Positions 9,075 to 18,277 of a stretch of DNA of 64,000 nt are shown one piece after another. Origin of the DNA: an uncultured Eggerthellaceae bacterium. GTDB lineage: Bacteria > Actinomycetota > Coriobacteriia > Coriobacteriales > Eggerthellaceae. A program made the translations under genes and the position numbers. The stretch lies in contig CAIFEG010000004.1 of assembly GCA_903789415.1 (NCBI GenBank), forward strand, positions 1-64,000. Reading direction: 5' to 3'. The notes below the pieces were generated by a model that worked only from the letters and a program-made list of their open reading frames with translations, did no database searches and was not told the DNA's origin. Position 1 is the stretch's first letter; each line of letters begins with the position of its first letter.

Positions 9075-12000
9075 GAAATGCATCAATAGGAAGTGCATAT
9101 ATAAATTGAGCCAAGATTCAATGGTGACCCCAACCGCAGAACTTACGTCAGATGTCGAGCTGTTCTACGATATCGAAAGTACACCAAATGTCTTTTTGCT
9201 TTCTGTGTGTCAGGTTTCACCAGTTCAGCGTGATGATATTTTCTATCTCATAGACAATGCCAGCGAGATCTGCACCGACGATTGGCGGCGCACTACCGCG
9301 CAGCGTGTGCGCTCACAGAACAGTAATTTTACGGATGCGGCAATTTATTATCACGATCTCAGCAGCGAGCGAAGCATGCGTGATCTGGTGAATCTATTTG
9401 GGTGCTCGACGTCAGATTCTCCGGAAAAGCCGCCTCAGTTGGCGCCAAGTGCCATGCAACCATCACAAACGGGTGAAAATGCGGGAAAAGCCGCAGCCAT
9501 AAGCGCCGATGGAATTCCGTATGCGCCCATGAGTGTGGACATGGGCACCTTTGATACGCAGGGACAAACGTCAGCGCCCAAGTACTTCAAATGGTTGTTC
9601 GGGTTCAACTCGTACAATTACGATGTCACCATGGTTGCGTGGCTGTTTAGTCGTGTGAAGTGGTCAAATGGGCAGGCTGCCTATGAGCATCCGACTGCCG
9701 AGGATCTTCGTACGTTCAACGACCAACTGTTTCGCCGTGAAAATAGAGGCCAGATGCCGCAAGCGTTGGGAGGACCCGACGAGCCGGCTTCGCGCATTCG
9801 TCACAACATCATAAAGTGCGGAACGAACATCGACGTTGCGCGCTTAAATGAAAAGCAAAGTCATGCAGGTCTGAAGCGACTGCTGGGAATTCTGGGTTGT
9901 CAGATTTTGGAATCAGACAAAATTTCCGATGATCAGCATATCGAAAACACCGATCAGCTCGCAGACTTGATTGCGTATAACGCTTCGGATTGCGTGAACC
10001 TGGCGGTGCTTTTCCATCATCCGTTCTATCAGGGACAATTTGTGTTGAAGCACGGACTTTTACGCACATATCCGCAGCTTGTGTGGTGGCCGCGCGGAGG
10101 ACGTGTACCCGCAAACGAACACGCGGCAAACGTTCAAGATTATCGTGCGTTCCCAAGCGTCAACACAATGCGCGGCGATCGCCTTACCAGCGATTCGCGT
10201 TCAGCGCAGTTCGCCATTATGGCGTTGTGCCCCTATGGACACCTGAGCGACCTGCCCCATGTGGATCTTCATTATCCCGTTGTTATGGCCGATGGCACCA
10301 CGAAAAGTACCGATGTGCTTGAAATGGCGCGGGAGTTTTTTAACACGCATATTAATGGCACGAGTAAGGCGGCCGAACGAGCGCGTACGCAATTCCAGTT
10401 CGCCTATGAGTTCTATGACAATTTGCGCAATAAAAATTTCAATGCATCGCAGCAATATGCGGATGATTTCGGGACGAGCGCCGAAACGGTGCAGAGTGCG
10501 GCTAAGGTCATTCGTGATTTTGCGCATATCCATGCCGGCGACGACGGCGTGGGTGGTTCGGTATTTCTTCCGTATTACTTGGATAGTGAGGGCACGGAAT
10601 CCGATTGCTACGTGATGTTTTCTGTTGGTGGTTTGCATGGCGCTCAGCACGCGATGGGCGTCCATAAGGTGGGCGCGCCTGAGCAGGGAACACAGCTTTC
10701 GTTGCTCGACCAGCTCGCGGCAACTCCTGGCGGGCAGGACGAAGCGGCGCAAACGGAGCCGCAAGGTGTTGCGCTTGCCAAAAATGGCAGCCTGGACATT
10801 CGCTATGCGATGACCTCGGCAGGTGTGGTGTGGCACGAGGATTTCACGAGCTACTACCCTTCGATGCTTCGTAAGATGAAGGCGTTTGCAAATCCGGGCC
10901 TTGGCTTTGATGCAGATGGTGAGCCGGTTGATCGCTATGGGCAGCTTTTCGAGCAGAAGCAACTCTACAAGCGTTTGATGAATGATCCAAGTAAAAGTGC
11001 TGAGGAACAAAGCGAATATCGCATTCGTCGCGAGGGTGTAAAACTGCTGCTCAACTCAGCGTCAGGGGCAGGGGCTGCACCATTCGAAAATGCGATTCGA
11101 ATGGATAATCGCATCCTTTCGATGCGCATCATTGGCCAGCTGTTTACGTGGATGATCGGGCAGTCGCTTTCGCTTGAAGGTGGACGTGTGGTGTCGACCA
11201 ACACGGATGGTCTGTATGTGGCATTTGATCCTATTCCCGGCGATGAGCATGCCGAAACCCGCAACTTACGAGGGCTTCGTCGCGTGTCGGATAGCACGGG
11301 TGTCGAGATTGACCCTGAAATCTGTGGGCTCATTTCGAAAGACGCGAACAATCGTCTGGAGTTTGATCCCAAAACGCGAAAAATTGCCAATCCTGCGGGG
11401 GGAACACTTTCGTGTGCACTGGGTCCCGACCCCACCAAAGCGCTCAATCATGCAGCAGCTATTGACTATTTGCTTGCCCAGGTGCTCCTGGATGTCGAAG
11501 CGCAGCAACCCGATTTCAAGGTGCAGCTTACTCATGTGCAGGCGCGCGCCTATGTGGATCGAATGATCGAAGCGTGTGATATGTCCGATTCGCAGGCGGT
11601 GGGACGTCTGTTGCAAATGTTCCAGGTGGTTGTGGCGGCGTCGCCGTCGGTGCACAATTGGCCGTTTTTAACGTTGAATCCAGACGAAAATCAGCTTGCC
11701 CATGACCCAAGTGATCAGGCACTTCAGCAGTACAATCGTTTGTTTTTGGTTGATCGCACGCGTGCGAAAACCCAAAGCGCGCAGCTTCATGCACAGCCGA
11801 TGCATCTGTTGAGTGCGGCGTGTCGTGCAAATGCAAAGGGCGGATCGCAGCGTTCTGCTTGGGTACACAACATCACCGAGCCGTCGTATGATCCCGTCTC
11901 TGAAAGCAAAGCGTTCTGCATTCAAAAAGTCACGGGAATTCATCCGGAGTGGTGGGTCATTGTTGAAAATGGTTCGCTTTTCTATATGCCACATGAGCAG

Positions 12001-12123
12001 GCACAAGCAATCATTGACGCACTTGATCGCGATGTGTATGCCGAAATGCTCGCCCATACGTACAACACGAACTGGTCAAACGCGGGAAAGACGTTGCGGA
12101 AATCCCGAACAACCGGGAATTAG
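9055..12123 (+). CDS. Divergent family-B DNA polymerase with 3'-5' exonuclease domain (piPolB-like). The true start is probably ATG 9121.
   Basis: ExoI FYDIEST (D at 9169), ExoII FNSYNYDV (9604-9627), ExoIII YNASD (9976-9990), motif A DFTSYYPS (10840), motif B KLLLNSASGAG (11041), motif C TNTDGLYV (11206), and KTRK (11371) in place of KxY. Confidence 0.6.
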   Translation: MRKCINRKCINRKCIYKLSQDSMVTPTAELTSDVELFYDIESTPNVFLLSVCQVSPVQRDDIFYLIDNASEICTDDWRRTTAQRVRSQNSNFTDAAIYYHDLSSERSMRDLVNLFGCSTSDSPEKPPQLAPSAMQPSQTGENAGKAAAISADGIPYAPMSVDMGTFDTQGQTSAPKYFKWLFGFNSYNYDVTMVAWLFSRVKWSNGQAAYEHPTAEDLRTFNDQLFRRENRGQMPQALGGPDEPASRIRHNIIKCGTNIDVARLNEKQSHAGLKRLLGILGCQILESDKISDDQHIENTDQLADLIAYNASDCVNLAVLFHHPFYQGQFVLKHGLLRTYPQLVWWPRGGRVPANEHAANVQDYRAFPSVNTMRGDRLTSDSRSAQFAIMALCPYGHLSDLPHVDLHYPVVMADGTTKSTDVLEMAREFFNTHINGTSKAAERARTQFQFAYEFYDNLRNKNFNASQQYADDFGTSAETVQSAAKVIRDFAHIHAGDDGVGGSVFLPYYLDSEGTESDCYVMFSVGGLHGAQHAMGVHKVGAPEQGTQLSLLDQLAATPGGQDEAAQTEPQGVALAKNGSLDIRYAMTSAGVVWHEDFTSYYPSMLRKMKAFANPGLGFDADGEPVDRYGQLFEQKQLYKRLMNDPSKSAEEQSEYRIRREGVKLLLNSASGAGAAPFENAIRMDNRILSMRIIGQLFTWMIGQSLSLEGGRVVSTNTDGLYVAFDPIPGDEHAETRNLRGLRRVSDSTGVEIDPEICGLISKDANNRLEFDPKTRKIANPAGGTLSCALGPDPTKALNHAAAIDYLLAQVLLDVEAQQPDFKVQLTHVQARAYVDRMIEACDMSDSQAVGRLLQMFQVVVAASPSVHNWPFLTLNPDENQLAHDPSDQALQQYNRLFLVDRTRAKTQSAQLHAQPMHLLSAACRANAKGGSQRSAWVHNITEPSYDPVSESKAFCIQKVTGIHPEWWVIVENGSLFYMPHEQAQAIIDALDRDVYAEMLAHTYNTNWSNAGKTLRKSRTTGN

Positions 12124-12125
12124 CT

Positions 12126-13124
12126 TTAGCCCCGTGCACGCTGGTATGCCTGTGTGAGATCGAGATCCATGTCCACTGCGGTATCGATGCCGGGTAGATT
12201 TCCGTTGTTTGAATACTGCCACATGGTGAAATCAAAATTTGTCTGCGGAACGGCACCGTAACTTGCCACCCACAACGGGTAGTTTGAAAGCGAACTTAAA
12301 TCATAGTTTCCCAAGTCAGAGGCATTTCCGTATACCGTTGCCTGATAGCCGCGCTGGTTTACTTCATCGGCAAACGCCTTCATGATCTGGGTGTATTGAT
12401 CCTGCGTTAAATTGCTTGCACGATTTTGTGCCCCATTGGTGGGCTCCAAGTCGAATGCGATGGGGTACGCAATATCGGCGTTATTCAGCTGGCTTACCAC
12501 GTAATCTGCTTCCTGAACAGCCTCATCAGTGGTTGTAGCCTGGCTATAAAAATACACTCCCACATCAAGCCCGGCGGCACGCGCGTTCGCGAAATTTTCG
12601 TCAAAATAGGCATCTTTCACAATAGTGCCGGTATCGGTTGATCGATATCCCACGCGAATATAGGCAAACTGAATGCCGTAATCGTGCACCTGTGTCCAAT
12701 CGATTTCGTGCTGATGTTCAGAAACATCCACCCCCACACGCGAAAGTGTCGCAAGCCCACTTCGATATTCGTAAAGCCCTTTATCGTCTAAGGACAAATT
12801 ATTCCAATCGTAGGGTGATTGATATACTTGCTCGCTTGCGGTGTTATAGCTGGCAGTTTGGGTGACAGGTTCGCGGCTTGAACATGACCCTAACACATGG
12901 GCAACAACTGCAATAATGGCCAGAATTACGATAAGTAGAACAAGGCGAGGCCGCGTTTTGGTGGTGTAGTGGTATCGATGCTTTGCCGCGAAACGTATCG
13001 CCTTCTCGTTTATGCGGTTGTTCGGCGAAGGATTTCTTTGTGAGGATGATCTTTGCGTATGTCGTCCGGTTCTGGGCAAATACAACCACTCTTTCGTATG
13101 TAGGCTTTCACATGAAAGCGCCAC
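12126..13124 (-). CDS. GH25 family muramidase (lysozyme), probably a membrane-anchored lipoprotein.
   Basis: GH25 catalytic region DVSEHQHEIDWTQV..IQFAYIRVGY..VGVYFY. N-terminal hydrophobic segment ending LGSC (lipobox-like). Confidence 0.75.
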   Translation of the reverse strand: MALSCESLHTKEWLYLPRTGRHTQRSSSQRNPSPNNRINEKAIRFAAKHRYHYTTKTRPRLVLLIVILAIIAVVAHVLGSCSSREPVTQTASYNTASEQVYQSPYDWNNLSLDDKGLYEYRSGLATLSRVGVDVSEHQHEIDWTQVHDYGIQFAYIRVGYRSTDTGTIVKDAYFDENFANARAAGLDVGVYFYSQATTTDEAVQEADYVVSQLNNADIAYPIAFDLEPTNGAQNRASNLTQDQYTQIMKAFADEVNQRGYQATVYGNASDLGNYDLSSLSNYPLWVASYGAVPQTNFDFTMWQYSNNGNLPGIDTAVDMDLDLTQAYQRARG

Positions 13125-13249
13125 GTAAAAATTTCTTTATTAGTTTTATAACAAATATGTTGGAAAAAAATGTAGGCAGGTCAACTGATTGTTTTTGTTT
13201 TCAAGCAGTAACGCAACGATGACGAAATCCCGAAGGTTTGCCGTATGAA

Positions 13250-13309
13250 TTGTCTTGGTTTTGCGTCTTACTATAATTGTTTTTAGCACTCAAAGAAGTT
13301 GACTGCTAA
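13250..13309 (+). promoter_or_regulatory. Sigma-70-like promoter (TTGTCT-16-TATAAT) followed by a CIRCE-like inverted repeat TTAGCACTC-N9-GACTGCTAA upstream of htpG.
   Basis: CIRCE consensus TTAGCACTC-N9-GAGTGCTAA is matched at 17 of 18 positions (13283-13309). The -10 TATAAT is at 13272-13277. Confidence 0.55.
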
Positions 13310-13381
13310 TTCTGTGCAATGGTTTGCATACCTCCAGCCCAGCTTCCTTCTATACATACGATGATTTGAAAGGATGCAGTG

Positions 13382-15478
13382 ATGCGCAAGTTTAAAACTG
13401 AGAGTAAAAAGCTTCTCGATTTAATGATCAACTCAATTTACACCAATAAGGAAATTTTCCTTCGAGAGCTTATTAGTAATGCGTCAGATGCTTCCGACAA
13501 GCTGTATATGAAAAGCCTGACCGACGACAAGGTGAATGTCGGCAAGAGCGATTTGGATATTAGGGTCACCTTTGATGAAAAAACGCGCACCCTCACGGTT
13601 TCCGACCACGGCATCGGAATGAATGATGCAGAGCTTGAAAAGAACTTGGGCACCATCGCACATTCCGATAGTAACGAGATTAAAGAAGCGCAAAAAGCTG
13701 CAGAAAAAGCTCGTGAAGAGGCTAAACAGAAGGCCGAAGCCGAAAAGGTTAAAGCTGAAGATGCCGAAAAGTCCGGCGAGAGTGCGGATAAAGCAGCCGA
13801 TACCGAAGCGGCGAAGGCATCAGCCGAATCTTCTACCGAAACCAGCGCGTCTGGCAATACCGACACCAAAGCCGATTCCGAAAAGCTCGACCAGGCAGCT
13901 GCCGAAGCTGATTCGCCCGACATCATCGGACAATTCGGCGTGGGCTTCTACAGCGCATTCATGGTAGCGAGCAAAGTTCGCGTTGTTTCCAAGAAATATG
14001 GCGATGACCAAGCATGGGCTTGGGAAAGCGACGGTGTTGAGGGCTACACGATCACAAAGGCAGAAAAAGATACCTGGGGCACTGACGTTATCCTCACCAT
14101 CAAAGAGGGCAAGGATTACGATCATTACCTGAGCGAATATGGCTTGCGCGGCATCATCAAGCGCTATTCGAACTACGTGCGTTACCCCATCAAGATGATG
14201 GTCAGCCACGAGGTTGAACAGCCAAAGCCTGAGGATGCGGGCGACGATTACAAGCCGCAGTACAAGACCGAGCGCAAGCTTGAAGTCGTCAATTCCATGG
14301 TTCCTATCTGGAAAAAGCGCAAGAGCGAGGTCAAGCAGGAAGACTACAACGAGTTCTACAAGACCACGTTCCACGATTATGCGGACCCGCTGCGCACGAT
14401 TAGCTTCCATGCCGAAGGTCTGCTTGAATACGATGCGCTGCTGTTTATCCCAAGTCGTATGCCAAGCGATCTGTACAGCCGTGAATACAAGAAGGGCTTG
14501 CAGCTGTACAGCTCAAATGTCCTGATCATGGACAAGTGCGAAGAGCTGTTGCCTGATGAATTCAACTTCGTCAAAGGTGTGGTGGACAGCCACGACCTAA
14601 ATCTGAACATCTCGCGCGAGACACTTCAACATGACAGCCGCATGCAGGCAATCGCCCGCAAGGTTTCGCACCGCATCAAAGAGTCGCTGTGCCAGATGCG
14701 TGACAACGACCGCGAGGATTACGAGAAATTCTTTACGAACTTTGGCCGTGGTCTGAAGTATGCGATCTACGCGAGCTTTGGTGCGAAGAAGACTGAGCTG
14801 GCAGAACTTTTGCTGTTCTATTCAGCGAAGCAGAAAAAGATGGTCACCCTTGACGAGTATCTGAAGGCCGAAGGCGACGACGTGAAGAACATTTACTATG
14901 CAGCCGGTGATTCCACTAAACGGCTTTCGTCTACGCCTATGGTGCAGACGGTTCTTGACAAGGGTCACGATGTGCTGCTTTGCACGCAGGATATCGATGA
15001 CTTCTGCATGACCGCAATGCAAAGCTACAACGACAAGCCGTTGAAGAACGTTGCAAGTGGTGATCTGGATCTCGATTCCCAAGACGATAAAGATGCCGCA
15101 AAGAAGATCGAAGGCGAAAACAGCGATCTGCTGAAGGCTATGAAAGATACCCTGGGCGATCGCGTAACCAGCGTGAACATTTCCACCACGCTCACCGATT
15201 CTCCTGCTGCGCTTACGGCGAAGGGCCCAATTTCGCTTGAGATGGAAAAGGTTATGGCAAATATGCCTGGTGCCGAAGGCGTCAAGAGCCAGCGTGTGCT
15301 TGAAATCAATGCGAAGAGCCCCGTGTTTAAGTCGCTGACTGCGGCACAGGCACTCGGCGATAAGGACAAGGTATCAACCTATACCGACATCCTGTATAAC
15401 CAGGCGATGATGCTTGAAGGTATGCCGCTGGAAGATCCTGCGAAGTACGTCAAAGAGGTAAATGACCTCATGAAATAG
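13382..15478 (+). CDS. htpG: Molecular chaperone HtpG (Hsp90) with an ~80-aa charged K/E/A-rich linker.
   Basis: N-terminus KEIFLRELISNASDA is identical to the Hsp90 signature. GHKL ATPase, middle and C-terminal domains are recognisable. Confidence 0.95.
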   Translation: MRKFKTESKKLLDLMINSIYTNKEIFLRELISNASDASDKLYMKSLTDDKVNVGKSDLDIRVTFDEKTRTLTVSDHGIGMNDAELEKNLGTIAHSDSNEIKEAQKAAEKAREEAKQKAEAEKVKAEDAEKSGESADKAADTEAAKASAESSTETSASGNTDTKADSEKLDQAAAEADSPDIIGQFGVGFYSAFMVASKVRVVSKKYGDDQAWAWESDGVEGYTITKAEKDTWGTDVILTIKEGKDYDHYLSEYGLRGIIKRYSNYVRYPIKMMVSHEVEQPKPEDAGDDYKPQYKTERKLEVVNSMVPIWKKRKSEVKQEDYNEFYKTTFHDYADPLRTISFHAEGLLEYDALLFIPSRMPSDLYSREYKKGLQLYSSNVLIMDKCEELLPDEFNFVKGVVDSHDLNLNISRETLQHDSRMQAIARKVSHRIKESLCQMRDNDREDYEKFFTNFGRGLKYAIYASFGAKKTELAELLLFYSAKQKKMVTLDEYLKAEGDDVKNIYYAAGDSTKRLSSTPMVQTVLDKGHDVLLCTQDIDDFCMTAMQSYNDKPLKNVASGDLDLDSQDDKDAAKKIEGENSDLLKAMKDTLGDRVTSVNISTTLTDSPAALTAKGPISLEMEKVMANMPGAEGVKSQRVLEINAKSPVFKSLTAAQALGDKDKVSTYTDILYNQAMMLEGMPLEDPAKYVKEVNDLMK

Positions 15479-15637
15479 TGCGCGATAGGGCTTTGGCGTG
15501 TGATGATTTGCCACCAATATAGTTGATGCCTCCTGGCACTTAACTACCATCTAAGAAAAACAAAAAGTGCTCGATGAGTTCCTGTCGACTTATCGGGCAC
15601 TTTCCCTGTAAGGCAGCCTGAGGCAATGGTCTGAATA

Positions 15638-15677
15638 TATTCCTAAAAACTGTTACATGTAACAGTTTTTAGGAATA
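15638..15677. terminator. Perfect 40-bp palindrome (TATTCCTAAAAACTGTTACA|TGTAACAGTTTTTAGGAATA) between convergent htpG and the phosphatase gene. Probable bidirectional terminator or protein-binding site.
   Basis: Read directly. 20+20 bp with no mismatches. Confidence 0.5.
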
Positions 15678-15726
15678 ATGGCATATGCGAACACGTGCTG
15701 AAGCATGATATGTAAAGAAGTAAAAC

Positions 15727-16371
15727 TTACAACCCAGCTTGCTCGATGCCGCTATAGAGATATCCCATATGAGCTGTGGAGTTAAGTAATACCACACGCC
15801 AAGTATCTGCTTCTTTTTCTAGTACGTTGATGCAGGTGTTGTCCTGCTTTATTTGCCAGAAGTGGCTCATATCGAGCCCTAAAATATCGCAAATGATTGC
15901 CTTATTCACCGCGTCATGTGCTGCAACTAGAACGGTTTTCCCATCATATTTTTTGGCATAATCTTCAAACGCCGCGCGGGCACGGCGGCGCACATCATCC
16001 AGTGATTCTCCACCCTCGCCGGGCATTTTTACCTGTTCAGGATGCGTATGCCAGAGCGCAAACTCTTTGGGATACGCAGCTTCAATCTCACTTGCCAGCT
16101 TTCCTTCCCATGCGCCATGGTTGATCTCCGTCAAGCGCGCATCTTTTTGTACCGGCACCTGATGCAAATCGGCTGCGGTTTTGCATGTTATGTATGAGCG
16201 TTCAAGCGGGCTCGAAAGCGCCACATCAAACGGCACATTGACCAAGCCTTTTGCAAGCAGTTGCGCCTGCTGTAAACCGCGCTTGCTCAGTTTGGTATCC
16301 TCTTGTCCCTGATAGCGACCTTGAATGTTCCACTCTGTTTCCCCATGTCGCACCAAAATAATTCGTACCAT
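15727..16371 (-). CDS. Histidine phosphatase (phosphoglycerate mutase-like) family protein.
   Basis: N-terminal RHGETEWN motif, 214 aa. Confidence 0.75.
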   Translation of the reverse strand: MVRIILVRHGETEWNIQGRYQGQEDTKLSKRGLQQAQLLAKGLVNVPFDVALSSPLERSYITCKTAADLHQVPVQKDARLTEINHGAWEGKLASEIEAAYPKEFALWHTHPEQVKMPGEGGESLDDVRRRARAAFEDYAKKYDGKTVLVAAHDAVNKAIICDILGLDMSHFWQIKQDNTCINVLEKEADTWRVVLLNSTAHMGYLYSGIEQAGL

Positions 16372-16479
16372 GTTGCTCCTTATACGGAAACGACGCCGCC
16401 TGAAAAGACGACGCCGTTTATGACAACGTACCGTATCAGCCTGCGCTGTGTCGCATGCTTAGCTTTTACGGTTTATTCC

Positions 16480-18081
16480 TTACAGTTGTGGTTCGCAGCA
16501 GACCATCTTCACGTCAACGATGCCATCAATTGCGCGCACCTTATCCAAAATCTCGTCAGGGATGTCTTTTTCGATCGCGATGGTCATGATGTTTTGGCCT
16601 TTCTCTTCCGAGCGGCCTACCTGCATCCCGGTGATGTTGATGCCGGCTTTGCCCAAGATGGTCGAAATCTGGCCAATCATGTTCGGCTGGTCACGGTGTG
16701 GTGCTACCAGGAAATATCCTTTTGGCTCGAAGTCCACGCGGAAGCCGTCAATCTTTGCGATGCGCGCCTCGCCCTTGTTGAAGAGCGTGCCGACCACTTT
16801 GTGCTGGCCCTTTTCGGTATCAAGTGTCAGGCGAATTGCATCAACGAACTCGGGGTCACTATTCAGCTTAGTTTCCTTGACGGCGATATGGCGATTATTC
16901 GCGACGAGCGCCGCGTTTACATAGTTCACCGAATCCTGCATGACCGGGTTCAAAATGCCCTTCAGCACTGCAGTGGAAAGCAGATTGGTGTCAACATCGG
17001 CCAGGTCACCGATGTATTCGATAGTCACGCCGGTCACCGCTCCATCGCACAGCGAAATCGCCAGCGTGCCCATGCGCTCGGCCAGCTCGAAATACGGCTT
17101 AATCTTTGCGTAAACCTGCTTAGAAACCGGTGCCATGTTGACGGCTGTCGGAACTGGTTCGCCGCGCAGTGCCTGCATAACGCCGGTTGCCACGTCGACT
17201 GAAACCGCGCGCTGTGCTTCGCGCGTATTCGCGCCAATGTGAGGCGTTAAGACAACATTCTGCATACCCAAAAACGGATTTGCATCCTTGGTGAGTGGCT
17301 CTTTTGGATATACGTCAATACCCGCGCCCGCAATGTGTCCCGACTTTAGCGCGTCGGCCAATGCATAAATATCCAAAACCGCGCCGCGCGATGCGTTAAT
17401 TACGTACGCGCCGTCTTTCATCTTTGCAATTTCATCTTCGCCAATCATGCCGCGCGTTTCGTCAGTCAGTGGCACGTGCATGGTGATGTAGTCTGATTCT
17501 TTCAGGAGCGTGTCCAGGTCGACCAGGTCAACGCCCAGTTGGTCGCCGCGCTCACGCGGAATGTAGGGGTCATAGCCAATCGTGCGCATTTCCATGGCTT
17601 GCATGCGTTTTGCTACGCGCGATCCGATGCGGCCGACGCCGATGATACCGATCGTCTTGTTCTGCAGCTGCTGGCCGACGAATTTCTTGCGGTCCCAGCG
17701 ACCTTCCATGATGGATTGGTTTGCCTGGGGAATAAAACGCGAGACGCCAATGATCAGGCCGCACGTAAGCTCGGTGGCCGCCAATGTATTTGATTCAGGG
17801 GTATTAACCACGACAATGCCGCGCTTGGTGGCATCGGGAATATCAATCGAATCGACGCCGACGCCTGCACGACCGATGACCTTCAAATGATCCGCCGCGT
17901 CGATGACTTTTTTGGTTACGTGTGTCATCGAGCGGGTGATAAATGCGTCGTATTTGCCAACGACCTTCACGAATTCGTCTTCATTCATGTTTGGCAAAAT
18001 GTCGACGTCATATCCAGCCTTTTTAAGCTCTTCTACGCCATCGGTTTGTACGTCATTCGTTACGAGAATTTTTTCAGCCAT
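16480..18081 (-). CDS. serA: D-3-phosphoglycerate dehydrogenase, long form with ASB/ACT domains.
   Basis: 533 aa. NAD-binding GxGxxG (GIIGVGRIG). 2-hydroxyacid dehydrogenase catalytic residues. Confidence 0.9.
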   Translation of the reverse strand: MAEKILVTNDVQTDGVEELKKAGYDVDILPNMNEDEFVKVVGKYDAFITRSMTHVTKKVIDAADHLKVIGRAGVGVDSIDIPDATKRGIVVVNTPESNTLAATELTCGLIIGVSRFIPQANQSIMEGRWDRKKFVGQQLQNKTIGIIGVGRIGSRVAKRMQAMEMRTIGYDPYIPRERGDQLGVDLVDLDTLLKESDYITMHVPLTDETRGMIGEDEIAKMKDGAYVINASRGAVLDIYALADALKSGHIAGAGIDVYPKEPLTKDANPFLGMQNVVLTPHIGANTREAQRAVSVDVATGVMQALRGEPVPTAVNMAPVSKQVYAKIKPYFELAERMGTLAISLCDGAVTGVTIEYIGDLADVDTNLLSTAVLKGILNPVMQDSVNYVNAALVANNRHIAVKETKLNSDPEFVDAIRLTLDTEKGQHKVVGTLFNKGEARIAKIDGFRVDFEPKGYFLVAPHRDQPNMIGQISTILGKAGINITGMQVGRSEEKGQNIMTIAIEKDIPDEILDKVRAIDGIVDVKMVCCEPQL

Positions 18082-18277
18082 GGTTTTCTCCCCTTTGGTT
18101 CTGGTGCAACATGTTTATATACTATACAAAATTACTAGGAATTACGAGGTGAATTTTGCGGGTGCACAGCATAAGGTGGTATTGCAGCGGTGACCTGCGA
18201 AAAGTGTCATGCTGCGTGTGTAGTCTGTGTGACCTGTGTTGATGCGCGGTCTGTGTGACCTGTGTTGTTTGTGACCT

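Noticed and set aside
9055-9120. N-terminal KCINRKCINRKCI repeat on the PolB-like ORF.
   Set aside because: It is generated by short direct DNA repeats lying between the stop of the upstream gene and a better in-frame ATG at 9121. It is more likely non-coding promoter or operator sequence than a real peptide repeat.
13438-13926. 162-aa minus-strand ORF rich in S/A (and similar antisense ORFs inside the htpG, polB, fdnG and trkH genes).
   Set aside because: These are shadow ORFs inside well-supported genes on the other strand. They are low-complexity, with no independent start signals.
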